Positions 1-7,571 of a DNA stretch of 33,972 nucleotides are shown here, piece after piece. Position 1 is the first letter of the stretch; every line of letters begins with the position of its first letter. Origin of the DNA: a virus. The notes beneath the pieces were generated by a model. It was not told where the DNA came from and ran no database searches. It saw only the letters and a list, made by a program, of their open reading frames with translations. The translations under genes and the position numbers were made by a program. The stretch lies in IMG/VR virus record IMGVR_UViG_3300050144_000055. One strand, written 5' to 3'.

Positions 1-69
1 GCCGGCGAATTTGTCAGCCGAGGCTTCATCGCAAAACGTGAAAGTCAGTACCTCGTCATAGCAAAACAC
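1..69. repeat. Terminal direct repeat, copy 1 (identical to 33904..33972)
   Basis: The 69 nt gccggcgaatttgtcagccgagg...gtcatagcaaaacac occur at both window ends. The repeat sits inside a minus-strand ORF that reads through the junction without interruption. Confidence 0.95.
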
Positions 70-552
70 CGAAACCAGTCCCTCGACAGACTCCGGCACG
101 GCCTGCGCGGGGACGGGGCGGGCGTAGAGCGGCGTCCCGTGTTCCGGCAGTTGCGTAGCGTCCGGGTTGTAGCGCAGCCGGCCGCCAGTTGTCGTCATCT
201 GGACCATGCAGATCGGCTCTTGCCCCTCCAGCTCCGCCAGCCGTGCGCGCAGTTCGTCGCGCTCGTCAGCCGCTGCGTCGTGCAGATCCTTGAGCGTGAC
301 GCACTTGACCTCCAGATCGGCGATGCGCCACACCTGGTCGGCGGCGTGATGTTGGAGCGTCAGACGCTGGGCGTGCGCTTCGGCGAGATCGTGCACAGCC
401 GCAATCGCGCGGTCGCTGTCGTCGTTGCCGATCTGGGCGAGCAGCTTCACGGCGATCTGCAGGCCGGTCAGTTGTTCGTACTGTGCTCGCACTGCCTCGT
501 CATAGTCGGCGCGGGTGGCGAACATGCTCATGCTCAGTTGGTCGGTGCTCAT
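1..552 (-). CDS. Hypothetical early protein, N-terminal 184 codons (gene continues across the circular junction into 33853..33903)
   Basis: Manual reverse translation from ATG 552..550 gives MSTDQLSMSMFATRADYDEAVRAQYEQL... with no stop down to base 1. GGGAG lies upstream. The ATG overlaps the TGA of the upstream Rha gene (ATGA). The ORF track misses it because it runs off the window edge. Confidence 0.75.
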   Translation of the reverse strand, partial: MSTDQLSMSMFATRADYDEAVRAQYEQLTGLQIAVKLLAQIGNDDSDRAIAAVHDLAEAHAQRLTLQHHAADQVWRIADLEVKCVTLKDLHDAAADERDELRARLAELEGQEPICMVQMTTTGGRLRYNPDATQLPEHGTPLYARPVPAQAVPESVEGLVSVFCYDEVLTFTFCDEASADKFAG

Positions 553-1325
553 GCTTGTGCTCCCTCGATGCGCAGCAGGTGCGCCAGTTCGCCAAACTTC
601 GACTCATACCAGTGCGGCTGCGTCTCGCGCTGGTTTTTCGGGCTGCTCACGTTTTTCCCGTAGCGCAGGCCCGCATCGGTCAGGCTCCAGAAATACGCCA
701 CGCCCTTGGTGCTTGGGCGGGTCTTGGCTTCGAGGATGCCCAGATCCCGCAGCGCCACGTTGCACGCCGCTGCGCTGACCTTGTGCCCGTGACGCTTGAG
801 CAGCGTCGTCAGGGATGCAGTCGTCTCGCTGCTGCCAGCGGTCGATCCGGTCGGGGCATCGATGGCGTAGACGGGCGCCAGTGCCAGAAGATGAGGGGCG
901 GTGATCTCCAAAGCCTTGCGAGCCATTCCAAGCCGCGCCGATCCATCCAGCCGCAGCATGTTCGCCAGCGCGTCGGCCACTGCCACCGCCTCGATTGCGC
1001 CGCCCGCTTGGACTGCAATCGGTTGGGCGCGTCCGGTTTCAAGATCATGCCAGCGGTCAACCAGTCGCGCCGTGAACTCGGGCGACAGGCGAGCCATTGC
1101 GACATAGCTGTCGCGCTGGTTCAGCATGCACTCTTGATAGGTCTGACCGTTTGACGGCTCGATGTAGGGGGTCTCCTCAATCTGAGGACACACCCCGGCG
1201 TCCCGCAGGTCTCGGCAAACGCGCATCACATTGTCGTGGCGCTTGTCGGCGATCGTCGCCAGTTCTCGGCTGGACATCGTGCGCACGCCAATGGCACGCA
1301 GGGCGGTAGAATTCTTGTCAGCCAT
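549..1325 (-). CDS. Rha-family phage regulatory protein / antirepressor-like
   Basis: 258 aa. The N-terminus (SSRELATIADKRHDNVMRVCRDL) matches the Phage_pRha signature. AAGGA RBS upstream; TGA stop overlaps the next start. Confidence 0.8.
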   Translation of the reverse strand: MADKNSTALRAIGVRTMSSRELATIADKRHDNVMRVCRDLRDAGVCPQIEETPYIEPSNGQTYQECMLNQRDSYVAMARLSPEFTARLVDRWHDLETGRAQPIAVQAGGAIEAVAVADALANMLRLDGSARLGMARKALEITAPHLLALAPVYAIDAPTGSTAGSSETTASLTTLLKRHGHKVSAAACNVALRDLGILEAKTRPSTKGVAYFWSLTDAGLRYGKNVSSPKNQRETQPHWYESKFGELAHLLRIEGAQA

Positions 1326-1437
1326 CGCTGAGTCCTTTTCAGTTGGTGGTTAGGAGACCCGCAGTGCGTAAACACTTGCGGGGCTTCGTCATTGTGGCGC
1401 AGACCTTGTGCCGGCGCGATTGAAAATACCTATCACA

Positions 1438-2034
1438 TCAGGCCGGGTCGATCAGGAATTCGTCTTGCGTGCGGCCAGCCTCCAGCGCCTCAAACAGCCA
1501 GCGCGGTTTCAGGCCACGGCCCGACCAGGTCGAACCCGTCGAGGGATCGCGGTACTTCACGGGCACCTTGCCGGAACCCTTCGACTCAGACGAGACCGGG
1601 TGCGGGCGCTCGCTGCCTGCTGCACGGCCGTCGCCAAGACCGCGCAGCACCTCGGCGCACACAGCCTCTGCCTGTTGTTCGCTCAGGCCATCGGAAAACT
1701 CAGCCTCGGCGGCGACCTCCGGGACCATTGCGAGCACATCCTCCACATGGTCGGCAACAGCCGGCGCGTCCTCAAACAGATCCGGCACACGCGGGTCACG
1801 CGCTGGCGCAGCGGCAGCACCACGCGACAGCAGCGGCAGATGCGCCAGTGCGCGGGCCTCCCGCGGCGTGGACAGCCGGGCCGCCAGCGTGGGCTGCTGC
1901 TGGCTGGCAACCCACAGGGCCACGGCCTCGGCCTGGCTGATCGCCTCAGCTTGGGCGACAGGCTGGCCGTTGCTCTCGACGGTGTAGAGATTGGTCTGGC
2001 GCACTCGTGGCGCAGTGATCTTGGTCATGCTCAT
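1438..2034 (-). CDS. H-NS-family DNA-binding protein (C-terminal H-NS domain)
   Basis: 198 aa. The C-terminus KYRDPSTGSTWSGRGLKPRWLFEALEAGRTQDEFLI matches the H-NS/Bph3 DNA-binding motif (TW(T/S)G(Q/R)GRxPxW...DFLI). The start overlaps the upstream stop (ATGA). Confidence 0.8.
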   Translation of the reverse strand: MSMTKITAPRVRQTNLYTVESNGQPVAQAEAISQAEAVALWVASQQQPTLAARLSTPREARALAHLPLLSRGAAAAPARDPRVPDLFEDAPAVADHVEDVLAMVPEVAAEAEFSDGLSEQQAEAVCAEVLRGLGDGRAAGSERPHPVSSESKGSGKVPVKYRDPSTGSTWSGRGLKPRWLFEALEAGRTQDEFLIDPA

Positions 2035-2666
2035 TCCTCGTTGGGGCCGCGCAGTGCAGCCGTGTAGTTGTCGACGATCCGGCCGAGCGCCACCAGGTCG
2101 CGCACCAGTTCATCCAGCGCGTCCTCGTTGCGATGAATGCGGCGCACGGTCAGCGCCCGGCCGATGCTTTCCAGGTCAGGCGCCCACAGCACCAGGTCGC
2201 ACCACTGGCGGTTCAGCAGCCACATCTCGCCGTTGATCTGGTCGATGTAGTCGGCGCTGATCCCGTCCACGACACAGCGAAACAGCGTCTCGCTCGAAAC
2301 CATGGTTTTGATCTCGATCAGCCCGTCATCCCCCACCAAGCCATCAGGCGACACGCCGAACTTGTGGTCCTCGGTGCAGAAGAACCCGCACTGCGTCACC
2401 ATGCGGCCAGTCTCCAGCTCGTAGGAAGCCCGGGCCGCGTCCTCTTGCTCGCTGCCGATCCGCATGGCGAGGTTCTGCACGCTGGGCAGCGTCAGGCCGC
2501 CGCACCGCTCGCGCGCCGTGTCCATCGCGTAGCGGGTGGCTGCGGCGCTGGGCTTGCCGGTCTTCAGCTTCTCGCGGGCCAGCGCGAACCGGCTACCGGT
2601 TATGACACCGCGCCGGGACTGCAACCAGGCATCCGACCCCTGCGGGTCCGTGTACTCGATCAGCAT
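2031..2666 (-). CDS. YqaJ-like (lambda Exo-type) recombination exonuclease
   Basis: 211 aa. Contains GSDAWLQSRRGVITGSRFA and LIEIKT motifs typical of YqaJ viral recombinase exonucleases. Adjacent to RecT. Confidence 0.85.
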   Translation of the reverse strand: MLIEYTDPQGSDAWLQSRRGVITGSRFALAREKLKTGKPSAAATRYAMDTARERCGGLTLPSVQNLAMRIGSEQEDAARASYELETGRMVTQCGFFCTEDHKFGVSPDGLVGDDGLIEIKTMVSSETLFRCVVDGISADYIDQINGEMWLLNRQWCDLVLWAPDLESIGRALTVRRIHRNEDALDELVRDLVALGRIVDNYTAALRGPNEE

Positions 2667-2669
2667 GTT

Positions 2670-3521
2670 TCAGTCCCCCAGCGCGGCGCGGAACTCGTCC
2701 ACCGACTGTTCGACAGCGGCAGCAGCCACGGCGGGCGGGCTTGCTGCGTGGTCAGCATCCGCATCGGCAGCAGCCCGCTTCATTCCGTCGTGCAGCGGCG
2801 CCAGCAGCTTGCGGTCGTCACGCGACAGGCCGGCGAAGAACTCGCGGTAGGCATCCACGCCCAGCAGCGCGGCCTCTTCGGCTTTCACTCGCAGCGCATC
2901 CGGGCACTCGGCCGGCACGTCCACGCGCTTCAAATCGCCCATGTGGCGCGGTGCGGCCGGCGCCGGTGCGACATCCACCAGTTCGTTGGGTGTGTAGACC
3001 CCAAGGATCGCCCCCGGGCAGTACAGCCGCGCCCAGTTCTTGACCTGCAGGTAGCCCATCTGCTGCTTCGGGTTGACCTTCCACAGCGGGCTGTTCTTCG
3101 TCGTCACATCGGACGACTTCAGCCACTCGCCCCAGGTGGCTTCCTGCTCTCCGGCCAGCACGGCGCCGACACGGCAGGCCATCGCCGCGCCGTCGCCCTT
3201 GTACTCGTACCTGAAAGCCCCGCGGATAGCGCCAGACGACTGCACCACGGCGTTGACCAGTTGCGCCTCGTAGCCGAGCCGGCCGCTGACGACGTGCGTC
3301 TTCTGCGCCACCACGAACGGGTCCATGCCCCAGCGCACCGCCTGCATCGCCACGGCCATGCAGTCCGGGACATTGCCGTGCAGGTGCACAGGGACGGTCA
3401 CGCGGGACTCGGACATCAGCACAGCGAAGCGGTGCAGCGATTCCATCAGGGCCACGTTCGACAGCATCGAGCCAGTGGTCAGCGCCGTAGCGGCAGGTTG
3501 TTGCGTCATCAGTTCGTTCAT
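2670..3521 (-). CDS. recT: RecT-family single-strand annealing recombinase
   Basis: 283 aa. Contains AVRWGMDPF, the GYEAQLVNAVV block and SPLWKVNPKQQMGYLQVKNWARLYCPGAILGVY, which are characteristic of RecT. GGAG RBS. Confidence 0.85.
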   Translation of the reverse strand: MNELMTQQPAATALTTGSMLSNVALMESLHRFAVLMSESRVTVPVHLHGNVPDCMAVAMQAVRWGMDPFVVAQKTHVVSGRLGYEAQLVNAVVQSSGAIRGAFRYEYKGDGAAMACRVGAVLAGEQEATWGEWLKSSDVTTKNSPLWKVNPKQQMGYLQVKNWARLYCPGAILGVYTPNELVDVAPAPAAPRHMGDLKRVDVPAECPDALRVKAEEAALLGVDAYREFFAGLSRDDRKLLAPLHDGMKRAAADADADHAASPPAVAAAAVEQSVDEFRAALGD

Positions 3522-3533
3522 CTCGATCTCCGT

Positions 3534-4526
3534 TCAGTTCGTGGCGGCGGCGATGGCGGCGCGGGCTGCGTCAAACTCCGGCTTGCCGTTGTCGAAAATC
3601 AGCAGGTCTTCCAGCGCATCCAGCAGCAGCGGCGCGGCGCGGCGCACCTTCTCCAGCGCGGCATCCGCTGCCGCGCGCTCGGCGGCCAGTCGGTCGCGCT
3701 CGATCTGAGCCAGCCGCGCGGCCTCCGCTTCCGCGGCCTGCGCGGCGGCCAGACGCTCACGCTCCACGCGGGCAGCCTCTTCGGCGACGCGGCGCGCTTC
3801 GGCTTCGCGGGCCTGGCGCTCGGCCTCGGCCGCGGCGCGCGCTGCGGCCTGCTGCTGCTCGAATGCCGCGCGCTCGGCGGCCAGTCGGTCGCGCTCGATC
3901 TGAGCCAGCCGGTCGGCTTCGGCGCGCTCGGCGGCCAGCGTTTCGGCGGCGATGCGGCGGGCCTCGGCAATCTCGGCCTCGATGGCTCGGCGCTCTGCCG
4001 CTGCGCGCTCACGCTCGGCGGCGGCGGCTCGTTCCTGTTCTTCGCGCTGGCGGGCCAGTTCGGCGCGTTCTGCGGCGATGCGCTCTTCCTCGATGCGGCG
4101 GGCCTCGGCGGCGACGCGCTCGCGCTCGGCCAGCTCGGCGGCGGCGATGGCGGCCAGCCGCTCACGCTCGATGCGTGCCTTTTCCGCGCGCTCGGCTTCC
4201 TTGCGCGCCTCCTCGGCCTTGATCTGGTCGTCGATCGGGTCTTCCAGCGCGACCAGGCGGGCGGTGATCTCGGCGGCGCGGCTGTCGATGCTGCGGCCCA
4301 GGGCCAGCACCGGGGCCTTGGCGTCCTTGCGCACCTTCTCGACCTTGACTCGCGGCGTGCGGCAGGCGGCCCGTGCGGCGATTGCCTCGGTCATGCCCTT
4401 GGTCGTGGACACGGCAAAGGCGACGCCCTTGTATTTCTGCTCCAGGCCAGCCAGACCGGCTTCCACAGCGTCAAACTCGGCGAGCTGTGCGCCGATCAGG
4501 GTGATTGCATTCGTCGAATCGTTCAT
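3534..4526 (-). CDS. Coiled-coil E/R/A-rich early protein (function unknown)
   Basis: The ORF is open from 4586. The preferred start is ATG 4526 (MNDSTNAITL) behind GGAGATCGAG. There is a long ERAAAE-type heptad-like region with an internal duplicated segment RLAQIERDRLAAERAA. Confidence 0.7.
   Translation of the reverse strand: MNDSTNAITLIGAQLAEFDAVEAGLAGLEQKYKGVAFAVSTTKGMTEAIAARAACRTPRVKVEKVRKDAKAPVLALGRSIDSRAAEITARLVALEDPIDDQIKAEEARKEAERAEKARIERERLAAIAAAELAERERVAAEARRIEEERIAAERAELARQREEQERAAAAERERAAAERRAIEAEIAEARRIAAETLAAERAEADRLAQIERDRLAAERAAFEQQQAAARAAAEAERQAREAEARRVAEEAARVERERLAAAQAAEAEAARLAQIERDRLAAERAAADAALEKVRRAAPLLLDALEDLLIFDNGKPEFDAARAAIAAATN
3669..3911. repeat. 48-bp perfect direct repeat (3669..3716 and 3864..3911) inside the coiled-coil gene
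   Basis: tgccgcgcgctcggcggccagtcggtcgcgctcgatctgagccagccg occurs twice, 195 bp (65 codons) apart and in frame. Confidence 0.9.
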
Positions 4527-4681
4527 CTCGATCTCCATTCGGTTGATGTGGCGGCCCGTTTCGTGGGCCACTCGCCGCCTGCGCATTTCTTCGCCGGTGC
4601 GGTGCCGGCTTCGGATTCGCCCCCATGGGGCTGGCGACCGGCCGGGATGCGCTTGCCCCGCGCTGCCGCGCGCCCTCGATG

Positions 4682-4921
4682 TCAGGTGCAGGTGTCTCTG
4701 GTGCAGTCAACCTCAGCGGCTGCAGCTGGGGCCGGGTTGCAGGCAACGATGACCGTTGCTGCGCACAGTGCAACCACGACCCATGCGGCGACGGCGGACA
4801 GCAGGCCCCACGGTGAGCCTGATTGGTCATCGCTCTCCCGAGCAAACTCGATGGCCTGCACGCTGTCCTGCCAGTCGCCGTCGTGGTCGAACTGGATCCG
4901 GTCGGTGTCGTGGAGGCTCAC
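4682..4921 (-). CDS. Small membrane protein (hypothetical)
   Basis: 79 aa. ATGA overlap with the upstream gene. Contains one hydrophobic helix (WGLLSAVAAWVVVALCAATVIVA). Confidence 0.55.
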   Translation of the reverse strand: MSLHDTDRIQFDHDGDWQDSVQAIEFARESDDQSGSPWGLLSAVAAWVVVALCAATVIVACNPAPAAAAEVDCTRDTCT

Positions 4922-5277
4922 GATGCGCCCCTCATCAACGCATCTGCGCGCGCCAGTAGCAGCCGGGCATTGGTCATTTCCCGGCTGCTGCTGTCCTGCA
5001 GTTCGACCACCAGGCCACGCAGCGCGCCAACCAGCTCGGCGTTCATGGCGTGCACGTTGATCTCGGACGCGGGCGACGCGATCCCGCTGCGCTTCGCCAG
5101 TGCCGTGACCGCGCTCATGCGGATCCGGCGGTGGCCACCTGGGGTGCGGCCCGCGGCCAGGGTGCCGGCATCGACCCAGAGTTGCACGGTGCGCATGGAC
5201 ACGCCCAGGCGATGCGCCACCTCTCGGGTCGTCAGCAGCGGGTCGGTCAGGTCGGGCTTGAAATAGGGGTGGCTCAT
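4918..5277 (-). CDS. Excisionase/MerR-type helix-turn-helix DNA-binding protein
   Basis: LLTTREVAHRLGVSMRTVQLWVDAGTLAAGRTPGGHRRI matches the excisionase-family HTH_17 pattern. The preferred start is MSHPYF at 5277; the ORF is open from 5292. Confidence 0.7.
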   Translation of the reverse strand: MSHPYFKPDLTDPLLTTREVAHRLGVSMRTVQLWVDAGTLAAGRTPGGHRRIRMSAVTALAKRSGIASPASEINVHAMNAELVGALRGLVVELQDSSSREMTNARLLLARADALMRGAS

Positions 5278-5278
5278 G

Positions 5279-5491
5279 TCAGTGCCCCGCAAGGTTGATC
5301 AGCAGCCGGCGCAGCGCGGCAGTCCAGCGGCTGCGCGGCTTTGCTGGTGTGTAGCCATGGCCCGGGATGTGGGCCGTGCTGCCGTGGTAGCGCCACGGCT
5401 CTGCTGCTTCGTAGCCCAGCACGACGCCGTAGACGTCGGCGCGGCGGCCGGCTGCGTGGGCGTGGCGGGGGGTGTTCATCGTGGCCATCAC
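5279..5491 (-). CDS. Hypothetical early protein
   Basis: 70-aa ORF coupled at both ends (ATGATG overlap at 5486-5491; stop one base from the next start). Confidence 0.45.
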   Translation of the reverse strand: MMATMNTPRHAHAAGRRADVYGVVLGYEAAEPWRYHGSTAHIPGHGYTPAKPRSRWTAALRRLLINLAGH

Positions 5492-5841
5492 AGCGCTCCC
5501 GTCAGCATGAGGGCGCCGCGCATCGTGTGCGCCTGGCCCATGTCTGCCAGTTCTGCGGCGCGGTCCGCCAGCGCGTCGGCAGCATTGCGGGCGGCCTGCG
5601 CTTCTGCAGCAGTCATCACGAGGTCCTGCATGTGCCTGATGTAGCGCAGCTCAGCCGTCAGCGCAGCGCCGGACCAGATTCCGGCCACTGCGGCGGCGTG
5701 CAGCGCTTCCGCAATGTCCACCGTGCTACCCGGCACTGTCACGCGGTCCAGCACGATGTCCTGTGCCTCGTAGGGCTCGTCGATCGAGTAGCGCACATCG
5801 AGCGCTACACCGCCGAGCTTGATCGTCACCTCTCCGTCCAT
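5488..5841 (-). CDS. Hypothetical protein, first gene of the leftward early operon
   Basis: 117 aa. AAGGGGTGAGAG RBS. Lies directly downstream of the left operator cluster. Confidence 0.6.
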   Translation of the reverse strand: MDGEVTIKLGGVALDVRYSIDEPYEAQDIVLDRVTVPGSTVDIAEALHAAAVAGIWSGAALTAELRYIRHMQDLVMTAAEAQAARNAADALADRAAELADMGQAHTMRGALMLTGAL

Positions 5842-5900
5842 CTCTCACCCCTTCGCAGCTCCGTCGCCCGGCGGGCGGTTCGTGCTGCGTTGGGATCAAC

Positions 5901-5960
5901 TGTAGCACTGCTACATGCTTTGCCGCAATAGCTGCGCTACATATTTTTAGCGATGCTACA
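5901..5960. promoter_or_regulatory. Left operator cluster: three TGTAGC-N3-GCTACA-type sites
   Basis: Sites are tgtagcactgctaca (5901-5915, perfect palindrome arms), aatagctgcgctaca (5927-5941) and tttagcgatgctaca (5946-5960). They lie between the repressor gene stop and the leftward operon. The third site overlaps the repressor stop codon. Confidence 0.7.
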
Positions 5961-6228
5961 GATCGTGCGCCTGAGCCGCAAGCCGCGGGCTGATCTCTTC
6001 CAGCGGAACGCCGAACCCGCGCGCATAGGCCAGCGCTGCCGGCAGGTTGATCGGTCGGCGCCCCTTGATGTGCTGGCTGAGCATCGATGCACCACCTGGC
6101 ACCCCGTGTTCACGGGCGAACGAAGCCTGGCTGATGCCGGAGAACCTCTCCGCCAGCCGCTGCGCCTCTTCTTCTTGTGACCAATTCCGCATAGGTGTAG
6201 CGATGCTATCAATTTGGTCGTGGAGCAT
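5956..6228 (-). CDS. Lambda cI N-terminal-domain-like repressor (HTH only, no S24 peptidase domain)
   Basis: WSQEEEAQRLAERFSGISQASFAREHGVPGGASMLSQHIKGRRPINLPAALAYARGFGVPLEEISPRLA parallels the lambda cI N-terminal domain (TQEQLEDARRL...LSQESVA...FSPSIA). The start is uncertain (ATG 6228 or ATG 6192). This is the only gene ending in TAG (5958..5956), with a TAA two codons later. Confidence 0.75.
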   Translation of the reverse strand: MLHDQIDSIATPMRNWSQEEEAQRLAERFSGISQASFAREHGVPGGASMLSQHIKGRRPINLPAALAYARGFGVPLEEISPRLAAQAHDL

Positions 6229-6259
6229 GGCTTTACATCTTTCATGTAGCAGTGCTACA
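6196..6259. promoter_or_regulatory. Right operator cluster and divergent promoter region
   Basis: Sites are tgtagcgatgctatc (6196-6210) and tgtagcagtgctaca (6245-6259). TTTACA (6232-6237) and TACATT (6256-6261), 18 nt apart, resemble a rightward promoter overlapped by the second operator. Confidence 0.6.
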
Positions 6260-6267
6260 TTTAAGGC

Positions 6268-6588
6268 ATGAAACAAGACCACCTCATCACCCAAGCATGC
6301 CGAGCGGCCGGCGGCTCGTCCGCCCTGGCTCGCCTCGTCGGAGTGAGCCCGGCAATCGTCTACCAGTGGCGCACCGGGATTCGTCCTGTGCCTGCTGATC
6401 GGTGCGCATCGATCGAGATGGCGGCCAGCCAGTCCGTCATGCGGTGGGATCTCCGCCCCGCCGACTGGCATCTGATCTGGCCCGAACTCCGAGCCCGCTC
6501 CGATGCACCGCCGATCCCCGATTCATCGGCCGGCCCCGCCAGTACCCAAGCGCAGAACGCACGCAACCCGCAGGAGATCGCAGCGTGA
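6268..6588 (+). CDS. Cro/YdaS-like transcriptional regulator
   Basis: 106 aa. LARLVGVSPAIVYQWRTGIRPVPADRCASIEMAASQSVMRWDLRPADWHLIWPEL matches the YdaS/Cro family pattern. Divergent from the repressor. Confidence 0.75.
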   Translation: MKQDHLITQACRAAGGSSALARLVGVSPAIVYQWRTGIRPVPADRCASIEMAASQSVMRWDLRPADWHLIWPELRARSDAPPIPDSSAGPASTQAQNARNPQEIAA

Positions 6589-7115
6589 GCGCACTGACCA
6601 TCCTCAACACGCAGATCGCCGCCGACGACGCGGGCCGGTTCTGCTTGAACGACCTGCACCGCGCCGCCATCGCGTCCGGCAAGGTCAACGGTAAGACAAA
6701 GACCCCATCGGCATTCCTACGCAGCACCTCCGCCCGCGAACTCGTGGCCGAACTCCGGTCCGAGGTCGATGTGCAGAATCTGCAGAACGACCCGGTAAGG
6801 GCTGAGCGCGGCGGCCGGGTGTCCGGGCAGGCCGGCGGCGGCGGCTCGATGTGCGTCACCAACGCCGCCAAGGCGCTGCACCAGCGCCCGAAGGATCTCT
6901 TCGCCTGGCTGTCGGCGCACCGCTGGATCTACAAGCGCGCCGGCACGGCAGTGTGGCTGGGCTACCAGGACCGTATCCAGTCCGGGCTCGTCGAGCACAA
7001 GACCACCACGGTCGAGCGCAGCGATGGGACCGAGAAGGTGATCGAGCAGGTGCTGATCACTGCCAAGGGCCTGGACCGCCTCGCGAAGGCGTTCGCCGTC
7101 GAGGTGGCCGCATGA
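6585..7115 (+). CDS. KilA-N / ANT (KilAC) domain antirepressor
   Basis: GTG start in a GTGA overlap, CAGGAG RBS. The N-terminus RFCLNDLHRAA is KilA-N-like. The C-terminus RPKDLFAWLSAHRWIYKRAGTAVWLGYQDRIQSGLVEHKTTTVERSDGTEKVIEQVLITAKGL is KilAC/ANT-like. Confidence 0.8.
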   Translation: MSALTILNTQIAADDAGRFCLNDLHRAAIASGKVNGKTKTPSAFLRSTSARELVAELRSEVDVQNLQNDPVRAERGGRVSGQAGGGGSMCVTNAAKALHQRPKDLFAWLSAHRWIYKRAGTAVWLGYQDRIQSGLVEHKTTTVERSDGTEKVIEQVLITAKGLDRLAKAFAVEVAA

Positions 7116-7210
7116 GCGCCGCCACCTTCTACCGCATCCGCGAGCAGGCGCAGCTTGCAGCGTGGGAAGCGTTCTGCGGCGGCATCCCTATGACCTGGAT
7201 TGCGCCGTGA
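7112..7210 (+). CDS. Very small hypothetical protein (32 aa)
   Basis: ATGA overlap with the upstream gene; GAGGTGG RBS; the stop overlaps the next GTG start. Confidence 0.35.
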   Translation: MSAATFYRIREQAQLAAWEAFCGGIPMTWIAP

Positions 7211-7347
7211 TCCGCTACGCCATCACCCGCCTGCGCCTCGCGTACTACAGCCGCGCCCTGAGCGACATGGGCATCGCACACCCCGACGCCGGCGCCGTGC
7301 TGCTGCACATCAGCGCGCTGCGCGACCAGATCAGGAGCTACGCATGA
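7207..7347 (+). CDS. Small hypothetical protein (46 aa from GTG 7207; frame open from 7162)
   Basis: GTGA coupling to the preceding ORF; the stop overlaps the next ATG. Confidence 0.4.
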   Translation: MIRYAITRLRLAYYSRALSDMGIAHPDAGAVLLHISALRDQIRSYA

Positions 7348-7571
7348 CCCGCCAAAGCCTGAGCGTTTCACAGCTGCTGGGCCTGCCGGCCGGGCACCGC
7401 GTCACGCTGACCCGCCGGTACCTCATCGGCGCCCCGCTGGTCATCACGACCAACGCCAACCCGGACCACGCCAGCGCGCTGCTCGACCTGCGCCACCAGT
7501 TCAAGGCCGTCACCGGCCGCGAGTACCTGCCGCGCCGCGGCGACCTGCTGACCCACGAGGTGACCGCATGA
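7344..7571 (+). CDS. Hypothetical protein (75 aa)
   Basis: ATGA overlaps at both ends; CAGGAG RBS at 7332-7337. Confidence 0.55.
   Translation: MTRQSLSVSQLLGLPAGHRVTLTRRYLIGAPLVITTNANPDHASALLDLRHQFKAVTGREYLPRRGDLLTHEVTA

Noticed and set aside
1358-1383. Hairpin cccgcagtgcgtaaacacttgcggg between the H-NS-like and Rha genes as an intrinsic terminator
   Set aside because: The stem is imperfect (bulged) and no U-tract follows on the transcribed (minus) strand. It may be an attenuator or processing site, but support is too weak to call.
2133-5060. 975-aa plus-strand ORF, the longest in the track
   Set aside because: It runs antisense to five well-supported minus-strand genes (YqaJ exonuclease, RecT, coiled-coil protein and others). 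Its translation is R/A/G/L-rich low-complexity sequence, typical of off-strand frames in high-GC DNA. It has no RBS or coupling.
7112-7347. Programmed frameshift joining ORF 7112-7210 to ORF 7162-7347
   Set aside because: There is no slippery heptamer or downstream structure. The GTGA overlap at 7207-7210 matches the coupling pattern used throughout the operon, so two small separate genes is the simpler reading.
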